DNA from: Bacteroidaceae bacterium | Lineage (GTDB): Bacteria > Bacteroidota > Bacteroidia > Bacteroidales > Bacteroidaceae | Length of the DNA: 64,000 nucleotides | Assembly: GCA_035647375.1 (NCBI GenBank) | Contig: DASRNO010000081.1 | Coordinates: 8,618-72,617, forward strand | Direction of reading: 5' to 3' | Part shown: piece after piece, positions 40,458-51,055 of the stretch | Layout: each line of letters begins with the position of its first letter | Numbering within the stretch: position 1 is the stretch's first letter | The notes under the pieces: model-generated | What the model was told of the DNA's origin: nothing | What the model saw: the letters and a program-made list of their open reading frames with translations, nothing else | Database searches by the model: none | Made by a program: the position numbers and the translations under genes

Positions 40458-41100
40458 CTTCTCTTTTCCATTGGGCCGGATTCTTTCGCCATTCATTAAG
40501 AGTCTCTAAACTCTCCTTCTCAATATATCCTGATTCCAGCGCAGCTTTCAATATATATTCATAATTTGTTAAAGTGCATAGTTTAACTCCCGCCTTAGCA
40601 AAAGAGTAATCTGCTTGTGGAAATCCATAAGTAAAAGAGGCTATAATACCCACAACAATAGCCCCGGCTCTTTGTAAAATCTCTACCGCTTTTAAACTAC
40701 TTCCTCCAGTCGATATGAGATCTTCAACAACCAACACTCTTGCTCCAGGCTTTAGCCAACCTTCAATAAGGTTAGACGTGCCATGATCCTTAGGAGCCGA
40801 ACGAACATATACAAAAGGTTTTTTTAGGCAATCGGCCACTAATGCTCCCTGCGCTATAGCTCCTGTTGCAACTCCGGCAATCACATCAAATTTAGAAAAA
40901 TTTGTTTCCGCCAACTTGCAAAGAGAATCTCTGACAAAACTTCTAACCTCAGGATAGGATAACGCCACCCTGTTATCACAATAGATTGGTGAGAGCCATC
41001 CCGAGGCCCAAGTAAAGGGTCTATTCGGCTGAACCTTAACAGCACTAATCTCCAACAGCTTTACAGCCGTTTGATACTCTACAGAATACATAAATATCAA
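40444..41100 (-). CDS. pyrE: Orotate phosphoribosyltransferase
   Basis: This is a 218 aa protein with the PRPP-binding motif VLVVEDLISTGGS and the SGWLSPIYCDNR motif. Confidence 0.95.
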   Translation of the reverse strand: MIFMYSVEYQTAVKLLEISAVKVQPNRPFTWASGWLSPIYCDNRVALSYPEVRSFVRDSLCKLAETNFSKFDVIAGVATGAIAQGALVADCLKKPFVYVRSAPKDHGTSNLIEGWLKPGARVLVVEDLISTGGSSLKAVEILQRAGAIVVGIIASFTYGFPQADYSFAKAGVKLCTLTNYEYILKAALESGYIEKESLETLNEWRKNPAQWKREDDRK

Positions 41101-41109
41101 TTTTTACGA

Positions 41110-41117
41110 CAAAAGTA
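41110..41117 (-). promoter_or_regulatory. -7 box TACTTTTG immediately upstream of pyrE (near-leaderless)
   Basis: Exact TAnnTTTG match on the reverse strand, ending 10 nt before the first ATG of pyrE. Confidence 0.35.
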
Positions 41118-41232
41118 AAAAAAAGATGTTGTTAAACTTTGTTTTAAGGCTTAAATAGTAAAAATAATGACGAAGAGACCCTTATTTAATATAAAACAAC
41201 ACTTAATGAAGTTCAATTGAGGAATTTGTTTT

Positions 41233-41240
41233 TACTTTTG
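41233..41240 (+). promoter_or_regulatory. -7 box TACTTTTG upstream of the lipoprotein/uppS/bamA cluster
   Basis: Exact TAnnTTTG match about 28 nt upstream of the ATG at 41268. Confidence 0.5.
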
Positions 41241-41267
41241 CATTCGTTATAGCTAATTTTTCCAATT

Positions 41268-42677
41268 ATGAAAATACTGTATAAGATTCTTTCGCTTGCA
41301 ATAATAATGCTTCTATGCTCTTGCCTGAAAGAAACCGAATATGAGTATTCGTCAGACACTGCTATTCTATCATTCTCTATTGGTAATTTCAAGGTGATTT
41401 ACAAAGACGTAGACTATCTTGGAAAAGATACTATCGTAAATAGAACAGAGGGAGGTAATAACCACTATTTTACGATTGATCAAAAACAGAAGCTAATTTT
41501 TAATCAAGACTCATTGCCTTACGGTTCAGTTGTGGAAAAATTAACCACATCAATAGCCTGTAACGGAATTGTCTATTATAGAAAAAAATATAGTGACAAT
41601 ACCTATATTGACACTTTATGGAGCATATCTGACTCTATCGACTTTAGAGAACCGGTTACTTTTTTTGTAAAATCAACCGATAATAAATACATACGTGAAT
41701 ATAATGCCTATGTGAATGTGCATCTACAAGATCCTGATTCGATGAGATGGAGAAGAGTTGTATTAGAAAATTTTCCCCCATTAATTGAACAGAAAGCGGC
41801 AATTATTAAAGACTCGATAATCATTATAGGTAAAGATACCTCTGGAGCTATAGGAGTGATTAGTTGTAATGTGAACAACGGTAAAAACTGGAGTGCTTTC
41901 TCTCCCCTTTCCGGAATAGAAGTATCAGCTATTATACCATCTCTATCTATTCTTAACGACACTTTATATATGATAGAGAGTGGTAAATTATTATGGTCTA
42001 CCTCGGGCTCAACTTGGATAAATGCCAATATTATCGATTCAATTATCCAAATTATCCCTTTCCGAAACTCTCAATACTCTGACAGCAGTCTATGGGCAAT
42101 AAACGGTTCCGGTAAAATTTTACGTATCTCAGGTCCGGGTGTATGGGAAGAGGTTGGCTCTTTACCTCCAAATTTTCCCCAGATTTTTCTTAACGGAATA
42201 TGCTATCCTTTAAAATCCAACCCCAATATAACTAGGAATGTTGTAATAGGAGTAGACACTCTGTCGACACTCCCTTATAGCACTGTATGGACTAAATTGT
42301 CTACAGAAACTGCTTGGACAAAGGTCTCCTCTTCTTCTAAGAACGATTCATTAAAATGTCCCCGCTTGAACAATCTCTCTCTGATTTACTACGACAATAA
42401 TCTTTTCTCTTTTGGAGCAGAAAGCCAGAGTGGTTTTGGAAAACTACCCTCCTTTTACGGTTTTTTCCAATCCTCCGATAATGGAATCACGTGGAGAGAC
42501 TGTGAACATATATTTTATGACTATAATACATGGAACAGATTTATGGAGTTCCCCGCTCAGTTAAGAGATCTTGACTCAAATTTTTCATTCGTAGTTGATT
42601 CTTATAACCAGATATGGATAATTCCCGGATCAGGCAAAGAGATATGGATTGGAGCAATCAATAGATTATTGATATGA
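41268..42677 (+). CDS. Hypothetical lipoprotein with BNR/Asp-box-like repeats (probable beta-propeller)
   Basis: This is a 469 aa protein with a lipobox (IIMLLCSC). It has one canonical Asp-box (SSDNGITW) and degenerate copies (NNGKNWSA, TSGSTWIN). Confidence 0.6.
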   Translation: MKILYKILSLAIIMLLCSCLKETEYEYSSDTAILSFSIGNFKVIYKDVDYLGKDTIVNRTEGGNNHYFTIDQKQKLIFNQDSLPYGSVVEKLTTSIACNGIVYYRKKYSDNTYIDTLWSISDSIDFREPVTFFVKSTDNKYIREYNAYVNVHLQDPDSMRWRRVVLENFPPLIEQKAAIIKDSIIIIGKDTSGAIGVISCNVNNGKNWSAFSPLSGIEVSAIIPSLSILNDTLYMIESGKLLWSTSGSTWINANIIDSIIQIIPFRNSQYSDSSLWAINGSGKILRISGPGVWEEVGSLPPNFPQIFLNGICYPLKSNPNITRNVVIGVDTLSTLPYSTVWTKLSTETAWTKVSSSSKNDSLKCPRLNNLSLIYYDNNLFSFGAESQSGFGKLPSFYGFFQSSDNGITWRDCEHIFYDYNTWNRFMEFPAQLRDLDSNFSFVVDSYNQIWIIPGSGKEIWIGAINRLLI

Positions 42678-43378
42678 AAAAATCCGGAATTATAATATTT
42701 TATCTATGCTGTGCTTTGCTTGCCAGTTCTACCGCTTTCTCTCAGGAAAGCAACTATAAAATGGAATTGGGTGTGGTTACAGGAGGATCGTTTTATATGG
42801 GCGATGCCAACAGCACTTCTCTTTACAGAAACACCGGAGCTCTATTTGGAGCCATATCAAGATATAACATAAACCCCAGATTTGCTCTGAAATGTAATCT
42901 CGTTATAGCAAGAATATCGGGTGACACTCGTGACATGACGGGATATGTTTTTCCCGGGGGGCATGCAGGATTCGAAAGAAGTATATATGATTTTGGAATA
43001 CAAGCTGAATCTAATTTTTTTGCATTTGGAACAGCTCTGTACAACAACAGTAAACGTCTTTGCCCCTATTATTTAGCAGGCCTAGGAGTTACATATGCTC
43101 CCAAACCCTTAGAAAATGTGTTTGCCTTAAATATTCCTCTCGGTCTGGGAATAAAGTATTCTTTGACTGAAACTGTAAATGTGGGTTTTGAATGGAGTAT
43201 GAGATTCAGCTCATCCGATAAGCTAGACGTTACTGCAAATAATATTATGGGGCCTAGCCTGGAGGATCCTTTTCAAATTAAAGGTAAGGGTATGAAAAAT
43301 AAAGATAGCTACAGTTTTTCCTCTATTTTTATAACTTTCGACCTTTTTAAAAAACCGTGTAATTGTAACAAAGAGTAA
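42674..43378 (+). CDS. Hypothetical outer-membrane beta-barrel protein (DUF6089-like by recollection)
   Basis: This is a 234 aa protein with a signal peptide ([12 protein letters not shown]) and an alternating beta-strand pattern. A 4-nt ATGA overlap couples it to the upstream lipoprotein gene. Confidence 0.55.
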   Translation: MKKSGIIIFYLCCALLASSTAFSQESNYKMELGVVTGGSFYMGDANSTSLYRNTGALFGAISRYNINPRFALKCNLVIARISGDTRDMTGYVFPGGHAGFERSIYDFGIQAESNFFAFGTALYNNSKRLCPYYLAGLGVTYAPKPLENVFALNIPLGLGIKYSLTETVNVGFEWSMRFSSSDKLDVTANNIMGPSLEDPFQIKGKGMKNKDSYSFSSIFITFDLFKKPCNCNKE

Positions 43379-43382
43379 ACTA

Positions 43383-44147
43383 ATGCGATATCAAGATCAA
43401 ATAGACAAGAATCATATTCCTTCTCATGTTGCTATAATCATGGATGGGAACGGTCGTTGGGCCAATGCACGTGGAAAATTGCGCACCGAAGGACATGCTG
43501 AGGGAGTTAATGCTGTTAGAAAAATTACAGAGGCTGCAGTAGAACTTGGAATTAAATTTCTTACTCTTTACACTTTTTCAACAGAAAATTGGAACCGCCC
43601 AGTAGAAGAAGTAGAGGCCTTGATGTCTCTTTTACTTGAAAATATTGAAGAGGAAATTTTCATCAAAAACAACGTAAAGTTTCGAGTTATCGGTGATATG
43701 AGCAAGATGCCCGATAAAATAATAAAACGCTTAGAACATTGTTCAAATAAGACTTGTAACCATACCGGAACTTGTCTTGTTTTAGCGTTAAGTTACTCCT
43801 CAAGGTGGGAAATTACCAATACTATCCGTAAGATTGTATCAAATGCATTAAAGGGAGAAGTAAAAACAGATCAGATTAATGAAGATTCCATAAATTGCCA
43901 ACTTTCCACTAATTTTATGCCTGATCCGGATCTTCTTATCCGAACCGGTGGAGAAATAAGGCTTAGTAATTTTCTACTTTGGCAGTTGGCATATTCTGAA
44001 CTCTTTTTCTGTAATACCTTGTGGCCAGATTTCGACAAAGAAAAACTATGCGAGGCTATTCATTTTTATCAGCAAAGAGAACGTCGGTTCGGTCTTACTA
44101 GCGCCCAAGTTGCCGCTAAAAAAAACAAAACTTGTAATGAAGAGTAG
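43383..44147 (+). CDS. uppS: Isoprenyl transferase (undecaprenyl diphosphate synthase)
   Basis: This is a 254 aa protein with the motifs [22 protein letters not shown] and [15 protein letters not shown]. Confidence 0.96.
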   Translation: MRYQDQIDKNHIPSHVAIIMDGNGRWANARGKLRTEGHAEGVNAVRKITEAAVELGIKFLTLYTFSTENWNRPVEEVEALMSLLLENIEEEIFIKNNVKFRVIGDMSKMPDKIIKRLEHCSNKTCNHTGTCLVLALSYSSRWEITNTIRKIVSNALKGEVKTDQINEDSINCQLSTNFMPDPDLLIRTGGEIRLSNFLLWQLAYSELFFCNTLWPDFDKEKLCEAIHFYQQRERRFGLTSAQVAAKKNKTCNEE

Positions 44148-46806
44148 AATTAAATTTACTTTACTTGGCACTATGTGTCTATTCGTATTATCCCTGTTGT
44201 CACCAAACATGTCGGCTCAGGACTCCACTACAGGATACTCTTTTTCAGAGGAGTCTGTAGAGTTGAATCCTACTATCATCTATTCGACTGCCGCTCCAAA
44301 AAAGCTCGAAATAGCAGATATAACCATATCCGGTATTGATAATATGGAACATTCTGTTCTTATTAATCTTTCCGGCCTTTCAATAGGACAAAGAGTCTCT
44401 ATTCCCGGCGAAGAGATTACTCAAGCAGTTAAACGATTCTGGAATAATGGGCTTTTCTCTAATGTTAGCATAACAGCAGAAAAAATCGTTGGTGAAAAAA
44501 TATATCTTAATATCTATCTTGAATTACGTCCTAAAGTATCCGATGTTATATTTCACGGAATTAAAAAGGGAGAATCTGACGATTTAAACGATAAAATCGG
44601 AATTATAAAAGGGAGTCGAATAACGCCCAATATGCTTGATAGAGCTGAGATTATGATTCGCAGATATTATGACGAAAAAGGATTTAAAAATGCCGATATA
44701 AAATTGATGCAAAGAGACGATCCAAACGATAAAGAGCTCATCTTCATAGATGTCACCATTGATAAAAAAGAGAAAATTAAAATAAATAAAATATTTATCA
44801 ATGGCAATACAGCCCTCTCTGACAAGGTTCTTAAGAGAGTGATGAAGAAAACAAATGAGAAGGGATATTTACCAGATTTTTTTCGCACAAAAAAATTTAT
44901 AGATAATGAATTTACAACCGACAAAGAGAATGTGATCAATAAGTACAATGAATTGGGTTTCCGTGATGCCTATGTAGTCTCTGACAGCGTTATTCCGAAT
45001 GATGATAAAACAGTTAACGTTTATCTTACCATTGAAGAGGGCGAAAAATATTACATTCGCAATATTGACTGGGTAGGTAACACTATTTATAATAGCGAAA
45101 CTTTGGCCGAGGTGTTAAAAATGCGTAGAGGCGAGACCTATAATCAGAAAAAACTTATGGATAGATTGGCTAATGACGATGACGCAATAGGTAATATGTA
45201 CTACAACAGCGGATATGTGTTTTATGATCTTAAACCTGTCGAAGTGAATGTAACCAAAGATTCTATTGATTTAGAGATGCGTATTGTAGAGGGACCTCAA
45301 GCCTCATTTAACCGTATAAATATATATGGGAATGATCGTGTATACGAAAATGTTATTCGTCGTGAACTTTACACTCGCCCGGGCGATCTTTTTTCTAAAG
45401 AGGCTATAGAAAGATCTTACAGACAAATTGCCCAGATGGGACATTTCAATCCCGAGAATATTACTCCCGATATAAAACCGGACGCTATAAACGGAACAGT
45501 CGATATAGACTGGCAACTTGAATCAAAAAGTAACGATCAGATTGAACTCTCCATGGGTTGGGGACAAACTGGACTCATTGGCAGATTAGCACTGAAATTC
45601 ACCAATTTTTCTACTCGTAATATTATACAAAAGAGCGACAACTTTAGAGGCTTTATTCCTCAGGGGGATGGTCAAACTTTCTCAATAAGCGGCCAGACTA
45701 ATGGGAAATATTACCATTCTTACAGTTTATCTTTTCTTGAACCTTGGCTTGGCGGCAAACGCCCTAACTCTCTTTCTGTAAACTTTTTTTATTCAAAACA
45801 GTCTGATGTTAGTAGTAACTACTACAACTCTGATTACTTTAACAACTACTACAACTACATGTATGGTTACGGAAATTACAACAATTATGGTAACTACAAC
45901 ACGTACGAATCATACTATGATCCCGATAAGTATATAAAACTAATAGGAGTCTCTGTTGGTTGGGGTAAACGACTACATTGGCCGGACGATTATTTTACTC
46001 TATACGGAGAGTTATCATATACCCGCTATAATATGAAGAATTGGTCATATTTTCTTATTACCAACGGAAGCAGCAACAATATAAACCTAGGACTTACAAT
46101 AGGACGTAATAACACCGATAATCCTATCTTTCCCAGATTTGGTTCCGATTTCTCATTATCAGTTTACGCCACTCCCCCTTACTCTTTGTGGGATGGGGTC
46201 GATTACAAAAATCTTGCCACAAGTATTAAGGCTGAAGGCTATATGAACGATATGCAGAAAAAATATAAGTGGATAGAATATCATAAGTGGAAATTCAAAA
46301 GTAAAACCTATACTGCGCTTACTAGTGGACAAAAGTGTCTTGTGCTTATGACCAGAGCCGATTTCGGAATTCTTGGACATTTTAACAAGTATAAAAAATC
46401 CCCTTTTGAGACCTTCTATATGGGTGGTGACGGTATGAGTGGAGCTTCATATAGCTACGGAACCGATATAATTGGCCTGAGAGGATATGATTCGGGTTGT
46501 TTAACTCCATACATGTCAGAAGGATATGCCTATTCACGTCTAAGTGCGGAACTTCGTTTTCCTCTAATGCTAGAAAGTTCTACTACTATTTTTGCTCTGG
46601 CTTTTATGGAGTGCGGAAACGCTTGGACCGACATGAAAAAAATAAACCCATTCGATATGAAGCGTTCCGCAGGTGTTGGCGTAAGGATATTTCTACCTAT
46701 GGTTGGGTTGATGGGACTTGACTGGGGCTATGGATTTGATCCGGTTTTTGGCTCAAAAAATTATGGTGGAAGCCAAATTCACTTTATCTTAGGACAAGAG
46801 TTTTAA
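44137..46806 (+). CDS. bamA: Outer membrane protein assembly factor BamA
   Basis: This is a protein of about 889 aa with a signal peptide, five POTRA-like repeats and a C-terminal Omp85 barrel ending in GQEF. The start is placed at the ATG at 44137 ([11 protein letters not shown]...). Confidence 0.95.
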   Translation: MKSRIKFTLLGTMCLFVLSLLSPNMSAQDSTTGYSFSEESVELNPTIIYSTAAPKKLEIADITISGIDNMEHSVLINLSGLSIGQRVSIPGEEITQAVKRFWNNGLFSNVSITAEKIVGEKIYLNIYLELRPKVSDVIFHGIKKGESDDLNDKIGIIKGSRITPNMLDRAEIMIRRYYDEKGFKNADIKLMQRDDPNDKELIFIDVTIDKKEKIKINKIFINGNTALSDKVLKRVMKKTNEKGYLPDFFRTKKFIDNEFTTDKENVINKYNELGFRDAYVVSDSVIPNDDKTVNVYLTIEEGEKYYIRNIDWVGNTIYNSETLAEVLKMRRGETYNQKKLMDRLANDDDAIGNMYYNSGYVFYDLKPVEVNVTKDSIDLEMRIVEGPQASFNRINIYGNDRVYENVIRRELYTRPGDLFSKEAIERSYRQIAQMGHFNPENITPDIKPDAINGTVDIDWQLESKSNDQIELSMGWGQTGLIGRLALKFTNFSTRNIIQKSDNFRGFIPQGDGQTFSISGQTNGKYYHSYSLSFLEPWLGGKRPNSLSVNFFYSKQSDVSSNYYNSDYFNNYYNYMYGYGNYNNYGNYNTYESYYDPDKYIKLIGVSVGWGKRLHWPDDYFTLYGELSYTRYNMKNWSYFLITNGSSNNINLGLTIGRNNTDNPIFPRFGSDFSLSVYATPPYSLWDGVDYKNLATSIKAEGYMNDMQKKYKWIEYHKWKFKSKTYTALTSGQKCLVLMTRADFGILGHFNKYKKSPFETFYMGGDGMSGASYSYGTDIIGLRGYDSGCLTPYMSEGYAYSRLSAELRFPLMLESSTTIFALAFMECGNAWTDMKKINPFDMKRSAGVGVRIFLPMVGLMGLDWGYGFDPVFGSKNYGGSQIHFILGQEF

Positions 46807-46840
46807 ATGTCTATTTAATATAAACCAAAACAGTTTAACT

Positions 46841-47356
46841 ATGAAAAAGGTTATATCATTTCTTTTTTTGACTTGCCTGTTTGGCATCTCCACACAAGCG
46901 CAAAAATTCGCTCTGATAGACATGGAGTACATTTTAAATAAAATTCCAGCATACGAGCGTGCTAACGAACAACTCAATCAATTGTCGATAAAATGGCAGG
47001 CAGAGATAGAGGCTCTCTCCTCAGAGGCACATACTCTATATAAAAACTATCAGAATGAAGCAATTTTTCTATCTGAGGAGCAAAAAACAAAAAAAGAGGA
47101 GGAGATAGTGGCTAAAGAGAAAGAAGCCATTGAGTTGAAGCGATTATATTTTGGTCCCGAAGGAGAGTTATTTAAAAAGCGCGAAAGCCTTATGGCTCCT
47201 ATACAAGACGAAATATACGAAGCTGTCAAAGCCATTAGCGAATCAGGCGGTTACTCTCTGGTGGCCGACAGAGCCTCTGCAACTAGTGTTATCTACGCTT
47301 CGCCTACAATTGACATAAGCTATGAAGTTCTGGTAAAACTGGGATATTCAGATTAA
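46841..47356 (+). CDS. skp: OmpH/Skp-family periplasmic chaperone (copy 1)
   Basis: This is a 171 aa protein with a signal peptide, a coiled-coil core and the start motif KFALIDMEYIL. Confidence 0.88.
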   Translation: MKKVISFLFLTCLFGISTQAQKFALIDMEYILNKIPAYERANEQLNQLSIKWQAEIEALSSEAHTLYKNYQNEAIFLSEEQKTKKEEEIVAKEKEAIELKRLYFGPEGELFKKRESLMAPIQDEIYEAVKAISESGGYSLVADRASATSVIYASPTIDISYEVLVKLGYSD

Positions 47357-47406
47357 TAAACTACTTTTGTAAACTAAAAATAATCATTTTAAAGCTACGA
47401 GTAAAT

Positions 47407-47907
47407 ATGAAAAAATTAATGTTCTTAGCGCTTATGATAGCGCCGCTTAGCCTGTTTTCTCAAAAATTCGGTCATTTAGATTCCGGAATTGTTATTCAGC
47501 TTATGCCTGAATATACACAAGCTCAGGCCGACTTACAGACTTTACAAAAACAGTTCGAGGATGAATTGCAGTATATGCGCGATGAATTTACAAGAAAAAG
47601 CGAGGAATTTGCTGAACAATCAAGTACTCTTCCCGAAAATATAAGACAAAGAAGAGATCAGGAATTAGAAGAGCTTTACAATAAGATGAACCTATATTAT
47701 CAAGACAGCCAACAAACTCTTCAGATGGCCTCTCAAGAAAAAATGGGCGAAATCACAACTAAAATACTCAAAGCTATCAGACAAGTAGGTGATGAGGGTG
47801 GATTTATATATATCTTCGATTCTGCCGGTGATATGGTGCCTTATGTAAGCCAAACTCTTAGCACTGATGTTACAGAATTGGTAAAAGCCAAGCTCGGTAT
47901 TAAATAA
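47407..47907 (+). CDS. skp: OmpH/Skp-family periplasmic chaperone (copy 2)
   Basis: This is a 166 aa protein with a signal peptide, the motif KFGHLDSGIVI and a coiled-coil core. Confidence 0.88.
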   Translation: MKKLMFLALMIAPLSLFSQKFGHLDSGIVIQLMPEYTQAQADLQTLQKQFEDELQYMRDEFTRKSEEFAEQSSTLPENIRQRRDQELEELYNKMNLYYQDSQQTLQMASQEKMGEITTKILKAIRQVGDEGGFIYIFDSAGDMVPYVSQTLSTDVTELVKAKLGIK

Positions 47908-47981
47908 TTTTTTCACGAAAGTTATATTAAAGAGAATAGAGTCTAAACAACTCTATATATCCTCAACTTAAATTGTAATAA

Positions 47982-48566
47982 ATGAGAAAAACTTGTGTGG
48001 TCACATTTTTGTTATGTGTTGTGGCTATATTGTCTGTCAAAACACAAAATAAGTTCGGTTATATCAATTTTAACCGAACTATGGAAATGATGCCAGAATA
48101 TATGGAAGCTCAGTTACAACTGCAAAGAATTCAATCAAATTTAAAAAATGAGGTTGAAAGATCTGAACGTGAATTTAATCGACAATATGTGGATTTTCTT
48201 CATAATCAGGAATATTTAACAAAAACAATACTCTTAAAACGACAAAAAGAGCTTCAGCAACTAATGGAAAGTGGCATAGAGTTTAAGAAGAGAGCCCAAA
48301 TAGAGTTAGAAAATGAAAGAAAAAACCTACTAGACCCCTTAAATTTAAAATTGCTAAATTCTATAAAGAGGGTTAGCGATTCTCTAGATCTAGATTATGT
48401 TGTGAATACTAACAGCCGTAGTTTTCTTCATATCAATCAAGAGAGGGGAGTAGATATTTCGATCGAAGTATATAGACAAATAGGTATTGATGTAATAGAT
48501 AGGGATACAACAGCTTTTGAAATCATACCTGGAAGAATTCATTTAAACGAACTTTCAGAAGATTAG
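47982..48566 (+). CDS. OmpH/Skp-like protein (divergent copy 3 with C-terminal extension)
   Basis: This is a 194 aa protein with a signal peptide, the motif KFGYINFNRTM and a coiled-coil core. It has about 25 extra C-terminal residues. Confidence 0.7.
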   Translation: MRKTCVVTFLLCVVAILSVKTQNKFGYINFNRTMEMMPEYMEAQLQLQRIQSNLKNEVERSEREFNRQYVDFLHNQEYLTKTILLKRQKELQQLMESGIEFKKRAQIELENERKNLLDPLNLKLLNSIKRVSDSLDLDYVVNTNSRSFLHINQERGVDISIEVYRQIGIDVIDRDTTAFEIIPGRIHLNELSED

Positions 48567-48613
48567 AGTTCTCTCTAAAACAAGCTGCTAATATTCTTTT
48601 TCATTTAATTGTG

Positions 48614-49465
48614 ATGGAGACAAAAGAGAGTTTTTCCCCTCAGGTAGCAGCAGGGCCAATCGGAATTTTTGATTCTGGATATGGCGGTTTGACTATTCTA
48701 ACTCATATTCAAGAGTTGATGCCCGAATATGATTTCTTATATCTTGGAGACAATGCTAGAACTCCATATGGAACAAGGTCATTTCAGGTTGTGTACGATT
48801 TCACTTTAGAGTGTGTCACAAAGCTTTTTAATATGGGGTGTCACCTAATTATTTTAGCTTGTAACACCGCTTCGGCAAAAGCACTCAGAAATATTCAACA
48901 AAGAGACATTCCATCCTTCGGGGCTCAAAAAAGAGTTTTAGGAATTATAACTCCTACCGCCGAAAGTGTTGGAAATCTCACTTCAACACGTCATATAGGT
49001 TTATTGGCTACTCCCGGTACAGTAAAATCTATGTCTTATCCTATGGAAATTTCAAAAATTTTTCCTGATATAAAAGTTAGTGGAGAGGCTTGTCCAATAT
49101 GGGTTCCATTAGTAGAAAATAACGAATACCAATCAGATGGAGCAGACTTTTTTATTAAAAGGCATGTAGACAACCTTATGAAAAAAGATCCGTTTATTGA
49201 CACAATTATTCTTGGTTGCACACATTATCCTATACTGATAGAAAAAATCAGAAAATATGTTCCTGACTCAGTTAAAATAATAGCACAGGGAGAGTACGTA
49301 GCCAGCTCTCTACAAAATTATCTAAAAAGACATCCCTGCATGGAAGAGATGTGCTCAAAAAATGGTGAAACTCGTTATTTAACAACAGAATCTGTCGATA
49401 TTTTTCTTCCATCCGCCTCGATTTTTCTCAAACACAAGATAGAAGCAGAGACTATTTCTCTTTAA
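48614..49465 (+). CDS. murI: Glutamate racemase
   Basis: Motifs present: GIFDSGYGGLT, ILACNTASA and LGCTHYP. I use the ATG at 48614; the track starts at the GTG at 48611. Confidence 0.95.
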   Translation: METKESFSPQVAAGPIGIFDSGYGGLTILTHIQELMPEYDFLYLGDNARTPYGTRSFQVVYDFTLECVTKLFNMGCHLIILACNTASAKALRNIQQRDIPSFGAQKRVLGIITPTAESVGNLTSTRHIGLLATPGTVKSMSYPMEISKIFPDIKVSGEACPIWVPLVENNEYQSDGADFFIKRHVDNLMKKDPFIDTIILGCTHYPILIEKIRKYVPDSVKIIAQGEYVASSLQNYLKRHPCMEEMCSKNGETRYLTTESVDIFLPSASIFLKHKIEAETISL

Positions 49466-50706
49466 TTTTCATTTTTTTTAGCAATTCTGAAAAACTTTCC
49501 GGCCATAGAGCGTATTGGCCATATTGTGATTAGGCTCATAACCATTACTGTGCCAAGTACTGCAAGTACATCAAAAAACCGCAAACTAACCGGATAGGAG
49601 TCTACCACAAACCCCCCGGATGAGCCAAGAGGAATAAATCCAAATTTTTGCTGAAGTAATACAACAATTACCCCCATTACTACTCCTGACAAAGCTCCCA
49701 ACAAAGAGATCAAAAATCCTTGATAAATAAAAATATTACTCACCAACTCTTTTGAAGCACCAATTCCATTAAGTATATTCACATCTTTTCTTTTTTCCAC
49801 CATTAACATTATCAAAGATCCAATAATATTAAAACTGGCTATCAAAAGTATTAGTGTAAGAAAGATAAACGATATAAATTTTTCCAATTTAAATACTTTA
49901 AAAATATCTGCATGTTGTTCATAACGGTCAAGAATCCTAAAATTCGGACCCATAATTTTGCTAATCTCTGATTTTGCCTTTTTCAAATTAACTCCTTCTA
50001 TCAATCTCAGCTCTACAGCGGTAATTTCCGATTCATATCCGAATAATCTCTTATTTAAATTTATAGATACCAGTACGTAATTTTCGTCGTATGGAGGTTG
50101 GTTTACCTGAAAAACCACACCTGGTGAAAAAAACTCCTTACTATTAAAACTAGCTGTAGGATTTGCCATATTCACGGTTACGCCTCTTAAAGGTGCATAC
50201 ACATTAAACGGAGAGACCGGCTCTATTCCACTATTCAATTTCCTTGCAAGTTGTAGACCCAATATTCCGTAATCGGCCACATCGTCAGAAAGCATATATA
50301 TGCCCTGCCCAATAAGGATATTTTCTATACCACTCAAATAATAAAATTCATCGTCAACACCTTTAAGCGTTACTATCTCTTGAGTATTTTTATACTCTAT
50401 AAGAGCCTGTTCTTCTATAGTCATTGAAAAAACATCCACAAAAGATAGAGCTTTCACCTCTCTTAATTCGGGAATATCAGATGAAAATGCGTTTCCCCGG
50501 TGTGATACAATCTTTAGCTGGGGGTCGAAATTGGTAAACAAGGTTTTCACCAAATCATTAAAGCCATTAAAGACAGATAGAGTACTAATTAGAGCAAACG
50601 ACGCAAGAGCCACGCCGCATACTGATATCCCGGAAATAATATTTATAACATTATGACTCTTTCGGGCTAATATATACCGCTTCGCTATAAAAAGAGGTGT
50701 TTTCAC
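49462..50706 (-). CDS. FtsX-like ABC transporter permease (LolC/LolE family)
   Basis: This is a 414 aa protein with an N-terminal TM helix, a large periplasmic loop and three C-terminal TM helices. It sits downstream of rbfA, as is typical for Bacteroidota. Confidence 0.8.
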   Translation of the reverse strand: MKTPLFIAKRYILARKSHNVINIISGISVCGVALASFALISTLSVFNGFNDLVKTLFTNFDPQLKIVSHRGNAFSSDIPELREVKALSFVDVFSMTIEEQALIEYKNTQEIVTLKGVDDEFYYLSGIENILIGQGIYMLSDDVADYGILGLQLARKLNSGIEPVSPFNVYAPLRGVTVNMANPTASFNSKEFFSPGVVFQVNQPPYDENYVLVSINLNKRLFGYESEITAVELRLIEGVNLKKAKSEISKIMGPNFRILDRYEQHADIFKVFKLEKFISFIFLTLILLIASFNIIGSLIMLMVEKRKDVNILNGIGASKELVSNIFIYQGFLISLLGALSGVVMGVIVVLLQQKFGFIPLGSSGGFVVDSYPVSLRFFDVLAVLGTVMVMSLITIWPIRSMAGKFFRIAKKNEN

Positions 50707-50712
50707 TAAGTT

Positions 50713-51048
50713 TTATCTACTCAAAAGTTGATCAATACGTTCCATATAGTCTAAAGAGTCATCAATAAAAAAACGCAATTCGGGTATCACTCTTAACTGA
50801 TGCCTAACCCTCTGCCCTAAATCAAAACGAATTGATTTGTTATTTGCGTTGATATTTTCTAAAGTTTCCACAGCCTTTTCCGAAGGAAAAATGCTAAGAT
50901 AAATATTTGCCACACCCAAATCTCCGCTTACCCGTACCGAGCTTACGGATATAAGTAAGCCTCTGGTCTGTTTTGTCTGAAGCAAAAATATCTCTCCTAG
51001 TTCTTTCTGAATCAAACGCGAAATTTTTTGCTGCCTTGTTGTTTCCAT
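50713..51048 (-). CDS. rbfA: Ribosome-binding factor A
   Basis: This is a 111 aa protein with the sequence RQQKISRLIQKELGEIF...VSSVRVSGDLGVANIYLS. Confidence 0.93.
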   Translation of the reverse strand: METTRQQKISRLIQKELGEIFLLQTKQTRGLLISVSSVRVSGDLGVANIYLSIFPSEKAVETLENINANNKSIRFDLGQRVRHQLRVIPELRFFIDDSLDYMERIDQLLSR

Positions 51049-51055
51049 TTTTCTA

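Noticed and set aside
40120-40509. A 129-aa forward-strand ORF.
   Set aside because: It is antisense to the SRPBCC gene and the pyrE 3' end. It has no start context or promoter box, and its sequence is Ser/Ile-rich and low-complexity.
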